From assembly GCA_041659505.1 (NCBI GenBank), contig JBAZYF010000001.1:189274-253273 (forward strand): a DNA stretch of 64,000 nucleotides, written 5' to 3'. The notes under the pieces were generated by a model. It ran no database searches. It was not told the DNA's origin and worked only from the letters and a program-made list of their open reading frames with translations. Position 1 is the stretch's first letter, and each line of letters begins with the position of its first letter. Positions 18,601-25,700 of the stretch are shown in pieces. The DNA comes from Parcubacteria group bacterium (GTDB taxonomy: Bacteria; Patescibacteriota; Minisyncoccia; Moranbacterales; UBA2206). A program made the translations under genes and the position numbers.

Positions 18601-21126
18601 GATGCGGGTTTCGTCGATTTGGCCATCAAAAAAATAAGTAGTCATTTGGCCAATTTGAGCGCCGTTTCCCGAATCAGCTCCAGTATTTATATCTGGAACA
18701 CCTGTTGAAATTCTTGTACCCTGACTCACGCCATTAACAAAAACTTCTTGCAATTTCGTATTACGTTTAAATGTGGCAACAATATGATACCAAGTATCTG
18801 CTTCCATTAACTTAACATTATCAAAATCATCACCATAAAAACCAAAGGTTAGATTATTACTATTACCTCTAATCCCTAATGAAACGCGCCTATCAGTGCC
18901 ATTTGCATCGCCTATGTCAAAAAACCATTGATATCTATCAAGAGTATCTATTTTAATCCATGATTCAATTGAAAAATCGCCCGTATCAAAAGTATTAATA
19001 TATGGTGCTTGCACATAATCATCCACCCCATCAAAACTCCCCCCATTCCCAAATTTTCCTCCGGCGGTCGTGACGCCTCCGGCGGATGTTCCGTTATTAT
19101 TGTTGCCACTGGCATCTTTCACTTCTCCGCTCGTGCCGTTCCAACTCGCTTCGTCCATTTTCCAATAGCCGACCAGGCCGTCGGTCAGCCATTTTGTTGA
19201 CTCTGAACCGAAAGCAGCCGACGCGCCTTGGGGGGCGCTTTGGCTTGCCAAGCCTGCATTATAATCCTGCAAAATCTGCGCTTGCGTGCGGGCGTAGGGG
19301 TAGATTTTAACTTCATCGATATAGCCGGGAAAAAATTCGTGGTAAGAGCCACTTGAATAATAGGCTCCGATGATGACCTGCTGATCATTGACAACATTTA
19401 TACCCCCGCCATATGATCCATTATATTGAGAATCAAACTTGCCATTAATATAAAGCTTCTGATAACCAGTCGTCGCATCGTATGTTGCAGACATATAGTA
19501 CCACTTATTAATTTCCAGTGTCCCACCGACTAAATAGTCTCCGGTTATTACTGGCTGCTCTGTTTCATCCAGAGTGGTATAATAATTGAAAGTATCCAAT
19601 CCTTTATTTACAACAGTCTTAAAATTCGCATTATCCGCTGTCAATTTGATCCAATGACTGACAGTATAGCCATTGGGTGAATCCAGTGAATTACTATCTG
19701 GAATTGTCGCATAAGCGCTGGTTCCGTTGAAATATAGACACCCTCCACTCACACACTCACTCTCCGGCTTCCACGTCGCACCGGTGATGGTGCCGTTGTT
19801 TTTGTTTGATGTTTCGTCGTGCGCCGTTGTGCCTTGGCCTTCGTCGAATGACCAATAGCCGACCGGTCCGCCGGGGCTAGTTTCCTGCTTTCCCGAAACA
19901 GTCAAAAACGCCAATGGATTATTCTGATTAGCATATTCCGTGGCGATCCATTCGGGGTTGCGGACAGTGTTGGAAATTTTAACTTCTTCAATGCTTCCTG
20001 GAAATTGACTTGTATAACCCTGCCTCGCTCCAATAACAAACCCGTTACCAATGTGCCAAGGATCATCAATATCAGTCGGTCCCGCAACAAGATTGCCATT
20101 GATATATAACTTTGCCATATTATCAACGTCTATTGTCGCACAAACATATTGCCACTGGTCAAGTATGATACTGCCATTTGCACTATTTAGAACGCCTCGA
20201 TTATTATAAATGTTTAAATAATAAACCCCACCATCATTACCCATATTAAACTCGAAATCAGCATCACCAATAAATTGAGACATCCAACTATCATCCGCTT
20301 GTGGCTTTATCCAAGCGCAACCCGTTATCGGATAATCATCCAAGTCAACAGCTGTATCCACATAATCATCCCCCCCATCAAAATCCAACCCTTTCCCCAC
20401 TTTCGCGTCAACCGAATCCCCACTCGTCATTGTGCCATTACTTGTTCCATTGTTCGCGTTAGCGGTGGAGTCCAGCATTTGCGGAGCCGTGCCCGAAGGA
20501 TCCTGGTTCATATGTTGGACCATTTTGTAGTTTCCATCCCACACATTCATTTTGTCTTGTTGGCTAGTGGCGGTAGCATTGCCATAGTAAAGATAAATTT
20601 CCGTATCTTTGGCTTGAGTGAGATTGGGTAATTTTACCCAAGCAATGAGGGCGCCAGTGCCGGAGGTGTAGGATTCGATTTCGTGCGAGAGTTTTTTTCC
20701 GGTGGAATCGGTGAATACCAAATCATCGCCGTCTGTTTGAGCACCGGTGATGAGATTGGTGTCCGTGATGGAAACTAGCACCGGAAAGTTTTGCAACTCC
20801 CCTGCCACTTGGGATTTATTGATGGTGATTTTTTTGCGAAATCCCCAAGTGTCGTTCCACCAGGAGGCTTGGGTGTTTCTTCCTGAGAAGAAAAAATAGA
20901 TGGGTAAAATTATGAGGACGAGAAGAATGGCAAGGGCTACTTGCCTGTAAGCCACCCAGTGGCGCAAGCTTGCGCCACCGGGTGGCTTCGGAGAACCGGA
21001 AGTTAAGGTCGGACCTTTTGGGTGCCTAAGGTCCGACCTTAGTTTTTTCAAAAATCTGGCAAATTTAAACAGGCCACGGAGGATGGTTAGCATTGTGCGT
21101 TGGAATTTTTGTTTTAGGGTTGGCAT
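15667..21126 (-). CDS. Multi-LamG surface protein (paralog 3): DUF2341 + 7 LamG domains
   Basis: NFPVLVS..DDLVFTD..LSHEIE..AWVKLP..IYLYYGN (DUF2341); start set at MPTLKQ because the track's GTG lies in a REP. Confidence 0.85.
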   Translation of the reverse strand: MPTLKQKFQRTMLTILRGLFKFARFLKKLRSDLRHPKGPTLTSGSPKPPGGASLRHWVAYRQVALAILLVLIILPIYFFFSGRNTQASWWNDTWGFRKKITINKSQVAGELQNFPVLVSITDTNLITGAQTDGDDLVFTDSTGKKLSHEIESYTSGTGALIAWVKLPNLTQAKDTEIYLYYGNATATSQQDKMNVWDGNYKMVQHMNQDPSGTAPQMLDSTANANNGTSNGTMTSGDSVDAKVGKGLDFDGGDDYVDTAVDLDDYPITGCAWIKPQADDSWMSQFIGDADFEFNMGNDGGVYYLNIYNNRGVLNSANGSIILDQWQYVCATIDVDNMAKLYINGNLVAGPTDIDDPWHIGNGFVIGARQGYTSQFPGSIEEVKISNTVRNPEWIATEYANQNNPLAFLTVSGKQETSPGGPVGYWSFDEGQGTTAHDETSNKNNGTITGATWKPESECVSGGCLYFNGTSAYATIPDSNSLDSPNGYTVSHWIKLTADNANFKTVVNKGLDTFNYYTTLDETEQPVITGDYLVGGTLEINKWYYMSATYDATTGYQKLYINGKFDSQYNGSYGGGINVVNDQQVIIGAYYSSGSYHEFFPGYIDEVKIYPYARTQAQILQDYNAGLASQSAPQGASAAFGSESTKWLTDGLVGYWKMDEASWNGTSGEVKDASGNNNNGTSAGGVTTAGGKFGNGGSFDGVDDYVQAPYINTFDTGDFSIESWIKIDTLDRYQWFFDIGDANGTDRRVSLGIRGNSNNLTFGFYGDDFDNVKLMEADTWYHIVATFKRNTKLQEVFVNGVSQGTRISTGVPDINTGADSGNGAQIGQMTTYFFDGQIDETRIYNRALSPAEIKKLYQWAPGPVAYWKFDEKTGQNFYNSEQPTGEGVLGTTSSAEAEDPVWTTGKYGSALVFDSSVPDEANFPDSGTNSPYDFQLGKTITISLWVNPEAYAGESNLIFKGATLNENYGFALIGAYPTLYYRRVDNSDWSSWQVASAGVPLNEWSYLTLEYTFGQGSSIKAFLNGNPVSGSWVSGTGNEAPIANDNAGFVFGTSSWDEALKGKMDDVRIYNYARTQQQILEDMLGTPEPAGGGGNGQPIVNYDFNEGYGSVAHNSGLGCRDASQCVSTNANLGVGSSAPTWTNDGKNGKALSFDGVNDYVSVPDSTALRPAALTLSTWIKQNGGGGTMINKAYGTTSGKSYSFSTTCLYAGGTHFEIQTNNGYPYWETPCGTLPYPDNNWHHLVVTFSPVRGDASDSKTYIDGKEIATIYSANGYGAGGSLQYSSDDLNIGRNNSYDPPINYFGGQLDDVKIYPYALTEDEIKTDYNSGASAQWGSAGTAASTGAPTNSAGGEYCVPGDTTACAAPVGEWKMEEKVKGDAKTIYDTSGNGNNGTTHYGANTTGMDCSVPGKAGTACSFDGVDDYADLGNDPSIQLTHTGTVSAWVKFTTSTVNWPAIVGNANWDTDRNGYMLFANGDNPGDFALQLHDSSSYIYIVSDKNGYNDNSWHYVAGTFDGSYLRIYVDGISAATPVAQTLDVVSGVYNLTVGKDPATSADYWTGQIDQVRIYNYARTPAQIAWEYNQGQPVAQWNFDECQGATVHDESLNRNDGTINLGASGQTTAGTCSANADTPWYNGRTGKYGASLNFDGVGDYVNAGSPVALDNMATFSACAWIYPTKTDALIVAKHGLSYFGWDLYIWNTNHLGMSIANTTSDYIALRETPDNLIVFNSWQYVCGVYSGGIGANSVHLFINGEEIVAAYTNRGSGTRIDDSSGDVFMGDNTYSSYPFGGKIDEVKIFNYALTAEQVKQLYNNSSALNFQ

Positions 21127-21147
21127 TTTTGAATTTTTTGTTTCCCT

Positions 21148-21336
21148 GTAGAGACGAGGCACTGCCTCGTCTTAGGTTAATATTTTCACCTCGTCTTGGA
21201 CATTATTTTTCATCTCGTCTTGGGTTAATATTTTCACCTCATCTTGATGTTAATTTTTCTGCGTTTTGTTGTTGTTATTATTGGTTTGTACGTCGACGTG
21301 GTTCTTTTCCTAGACGCCCCAACGGGGCGTCTCTAC
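21148..21336. repeat. REP doublet with internal degenerate ~24-bp tandem repeats
   Basis: REPs at 21148-21172 and 21311-21336; spacer repeats ttttcacctcgtcttgg about three times. Confidence 0.8.
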
Positions 21337-21355
21337 AGAATCCGAATAATCGGGC

Positions 21356-22642
21356 TCAGACGGTTTCCAAAATCCACCGCCAGGCCGGAATAATTCGAAT
21401 TTTTTTGCCCTTGATTTTGATTTCCTCTTCCTGATCCATCGTGATGATTGTTCCGGTTTTCAATTTGAATTTCTCCAGCGCTTCAAGAAGACCATCAATT
21501 TCTCGTTGGTGATTCTTTTCATTTAGATTATAACACACTTGGTAGGCTTTTTTTATCTTCAAGCCGTCTTTCACCACAAAATCACATTCATGCTTTTCGC
21601 TGTAATAGAAAATTTCTTGTCCGCTTCGCAGGAGTTCCAAAAAAACCAGGTTTTCCAAATAGCATCCGCTATTTTCTGAAAAAGCAAAACCGATCTTGCC
21701 GACCAGTCCGCTATCAACGCAATAGATCTTGCGCCGGTTGGCATTTTGCTTGTGCAGGGAATAATCAAACTTTTTCAAGTCATAAAACAAATGGGCCTCT
21801 TTCAAAAGTTCCACATATTCTTTGGCGGTATGCTCATGGATATGAAGCATCTTAGCCAAACTGTTGTAGCTAAAAAGGCGAGCGGTGTTGCTGATTAAAA
21901 AATAGGCGGCTTGCTTGAGATTGTATGAATCCCTGATTTCATTATTATCAATGACGTCTTTTAGGATTATCGTTTGATAGTAGGCCTCGAGGACTGCGGC
22001 ATCACCTGTCATGACCGCTACCGGAAAACCTCCTTGACGCAAATATTGCTCAAACAAATTAGCCAGCTTATTTTTGAATGCGAAGTTTTTGGCATAGGAG
22101 GAAAAGAATTCTTGTTTTTTCGCCGTCAAAAATTCCTTGTAGGAAAAAGGAAAGACTGTTTGGGCAAAGTAACGTCCGGACAGGCGCGAAATATATTTTC
22201 CGGCAAGCAAATTCGCGTTAGAACCGGTAATGAAAATTTTTTGGAAAACCCGCGCGTCATATTTCGCCTTAACCCATTTTTCCCAAAACTGGATATTTTG
22301 CACTTCGTCCAGAAACAGATACTTGATTTTTTTGCCGGTTAGCGTTTCAGCTATTTCGATTATTTCGTCTAATTTTTCCGCTTTTTTATAGAAAGATAAA
22401 AAGACCGGGTTATCAAAATTAACCAGCAGGATTTCTTCGGGATGAGTTTTGCACTTAGCCACCAGCTCACTGATCAATAAATTAAAAATTACCGACTTCC
22501 CACTTCTTCTCACACCGGCAATCACTTCAATAAAATCGCTCTTCAGTCTGACTTTTTCCGTGGCCGCTCGAAAAACATAGCCCGCTTCCGCTTGTGTTCG
22601 CCAATGGCTGTTTTGCTCTAAAATTATATTTTTTAAGTCCAT
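21356..22642 (-). CDS. AAA+ ATPase (AAA_14 + DUF4143), copy 3
   Basis: GVRRSGKS, FLDEVQ, TGSNA, LSGR, GGFP, ECDFV; C-terminus similar to copy 2. Confidence 0.9.
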   Translation of the reverse strand: MDLKNIILEQNSHWRTQAEAGYVFRAATEKVRLKSDFIEVIAGVRRSGKSVIFNLLISELVAKCKTHPEEILLVNFDNPVFLSFYKKAEKLDEIIEIAETLTGKKIKYLFLDEVQNIQFWEKWVKAKYDARVFQKIFITGSNANLLAGKYISRLSGRYFAQTVFPFSYKEFLTAKKQEFFSSYAKNFAFKNKLANLFEQYLRQGGFPVAVMTGDAAVLEAYYQTIILKDVIDNNEIRDSYNLKQAAYFLISNTARLFSYNSLAKMLHIHEHTAKEYVELLKEAHLFYDLKKFDYSLHKQNANRRKIYCVDSGLVGKIGFAFSENSGCYLENLVFLELLRSGQEIFYYSEKHECDFVVKDGLKIKKAYQVCYNLNEKNHQREIDGLLEALEKFKLKTGTIITMDQEEEIKIKGKKIRIIPAWRWILETV

Positions 22643-22666
22643 AATATATTATGTAATTTATTATAT

Positions 22667-22701
22667 AATTGCATTATATACTATGCAATTTATAATGTCA
22701 A
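22667..22701 (-). promoter_or_regulatory. Consensus sigma70 promoter with overlapping inverted repeat
   Basis: TTGACA (22701-22696), 17 bp, TATAAT (22678-22673); AATTGCAT-n8-ATGCAATT. Confidence 0.75.
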
Positions 22702-22728
22702 CCGCGTCCGAAAAATCATTGTTTCAGA

Positions 22729-25700
22729 CTACTGGAAATTGAGCGCGCTGGAATTATTATACAATTGCTTCACTTGTTCGGCGGTGAGGGCGTAGTTGAA
22801 AATTTTGATGTCGTCGATTTGGCCGTTCATTGCATTACCAAATTTTAAATGATCAGGAGAATTTCCGACAGAAGAAGGCCCCATGTCTAATTCACTTGTT
22901 AGTGCCTTATCGACACCGTCAATGTAAACATGATTTATAGTTGGACTGCCAGCTTTCCATGTCCAAGTAAAATGAACCCATTTCTCCTTTTCCCATGTAT
23001 AATCCGTAACCCAGTAATAAGAGGCAACCGCACTGCTTGTTTGTCGAACTGCAACATACGGATGGTTTCCCGTAAAGGATGTGATTATATAACTAGGATT
23101 TGTCTCCCACTTTTCCAGGGGCGTTATTGCTAATGTTGCTCCCGAGCTCAAAAAATACCAAAAAGAAATCGTCAATGAGGTTGCTCCATCTAATAACGAA
23201 ACATCGCCAATATCTGCATAATCATCCCCCCCATCAAAATTCAAACTTGCGGCGTATTTTCCGGTTCTTCCATTATACCATGGCGTGTTGGCGTTGGCAC
23301 TGCAGGTGCCGGTCGTTGTTTGACCGGAGGCGCCAAGGTTGATTGTGCCGTTGTTGCCGTTGCCGGAATTATCGTGCACGGTTCCACCTTGGCATTCGTC
23401 AAATTTCCATTCGGCAATCGGTTTGCCTTGATTATATTCCCAAGCGATTTGCGCCGGTGTGCGGGCGTAGTTGTAGATGCGGACTTGGTCAATAGAACCG
23501 TTTAAAAATGAACCAGAATTAGTGTTGTGGCCAATTTGTATGGGTAAATTGTTTAGCGATGCATTGCAACCACCGGCTCCATCTCCTTTATCTAATAATC
23601 CGTTCAAATAAAATTTCGTACTACTCGGAGTCTCCACTATCGAAAAATGTGTCCACTGATTATTAGGAATTGTATTATTTCCCAAAACCCAGCCGGTGAC
23701 ATCGGAATAAAATATCAAGCGACCGTCATCATGATTCGTCGCCAGATACCATCGTTGGCCACTGCCTGATTGTTGATTGATAAAATAGTTATTTTGTGAC
23801 CTTATTGCCGCTTTAATCCAACCGCTGACTGTAAAACTAGAACTGCCTATGCTGAAATTTCCTGTGTCTGTAGCATCATCCACCCCATCAAACGAACAAG
23901 CGCTACCGACTTTTCCTGGGACGGTGCAATCCATTCCGGTGTTGTTGGCGCCGTCGTTGGTGGTGCCGTTGTTTCCGTTGCCGGAGGTGTCATAGATCGT
24001 TTGGGCATCGCCCGCCACTTTTTTATCCATCAGCCATTCCCCCACCGGTGCCGCACAAGGCTCAGTCGAACCCGGCACGCAATAGACGCCAGAAGTTGAA
24101 TTGGTCGGTGAGCCAGTCGTTGCAACTGTCCCCGCCGAACCCCACTGCGCCGAAGCACCGGAGTTGTAGTCAGTTTTAATTTCGTCTTCGGTGAGAGCGT
24201 AGGGGTAGATTTTGACGTCGTCGAAAAGCGCGTTAGTATAATATGAATTTGCATTACTATTGGCTATGCGCAAGCTTCTTCCAGCATTATTCACACTCAC
24301 TGTCCCAATGCTAGTCGTTTTTTTGTTTTTCCCATCTACATATAGTTTCAGATTTGTGCCTTCCCGTAAGCCAACCACATGATACCAATTATTTAGAGAA
24401 TGAGTGTCTGGATCGACAACTGTATAGCTTGTTGATCCACTTTCAATTGCGAAAAAAAATTTATCAGTCTCCCCGTCTGAACAAAGATTTATTACCCATT
24501 CATTATTTCCCGGTGAAGATCCGGTATCCCATTTATTAACTCCCCAAACATTATTCCAATTAGAACAAGCTGATTTTTTATTAACCCAAAAAGAGACCGA
24601 AAAATCATTGGCGCCAAAATCTAAAAGAGCATTGTCCGGCACTTCCGCATAATCATCATCCCCATCAAACTCCACGGCTTTGCCATTTTTTCCATTTTTC
24701 TCCCACATTAAAGCTACGCTATTATTAGCGCCGCCTCCAGCGATTAGGTTGGCATTTAATACTGCTCCGCCATAACCAAAATTATGCGCCACTGAGCCGT
24801 AGCCTTCGTTGAAATTGTAATGGGCGATTGGCTGACCATTGCCTCCTCCGCCTGCTGGCTCCGGCGTGCCAAGCATATCCTCCAAAATCTGCTGTTGCGT
24901 GCGAGCGTAGTTGTAGATGCGGACGTCATCGATTTGGCCACCGCAATAACCACCCCAATCATCCCGTCCAATTCTTAATTCTTGGCCACTATCGGAAACA
25001 TATGCACCGACACCATTTTGTTGGGATTGATAACCAGTCACTTTTGTGCCATCAAGATAAATCGATACACCCGAAACATCATCTCCTCCTAAAAAAGACA
25101 CCGCCACAAAATGAGATTTTCCATCTCCAGGAATTACCGAGTTAGTTACGATCCTTAAATCCGTATCACGGTTAATCCCGAATTGAATACGGCCTGCTTC
25201 ATCTGCTGTAAGGTACCACGAAACATTATTCGAAGCTCCTTTGGTTAAAAAAGGAACGTAATCGGTGCTATTCTTTACCCAGGCACTAGCGGAAAAAGTT
25301 TTTTGTGACAAATCAATCATCGCCACTGGGTTGGGAACAGAAACATAATCATCCACCCCATCAAAGTTACAGGATGAGCCAAACTTCCCCGGCGTGGTGC
25401 AATCCATTCCGGTGGTGTTAGCGCCGTAGTGGGTGGTGCCGTTGTTGCCATAGGTGGAATCATCGGCGAGGGTTTTTGCGTCGCCTTGAACTTTTTCATC
25501 CATCTTGAGGTGCAAGACCGGACCGGGTGCCCACTCGTAGAGTTTTTTAATTTCATCAGGCGAAAGCGCGCGGTTGTAGATGCGGGTTTCGTCGATTTGG
25601 CCATTGAAATCATATGGCGCATTATCACTTATTCCACCTATTTGAAATCGTGAGTCGCCCTCCCAATTCAGCGCTCCAACACTATTACTATTATCATACT

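Noticed and set aside
21173-21260. CRISPR-like short repeats
   Set aside because: Degenerate ~24-bp tandem units without unique spacers, inside a REP doublet; no cas genes
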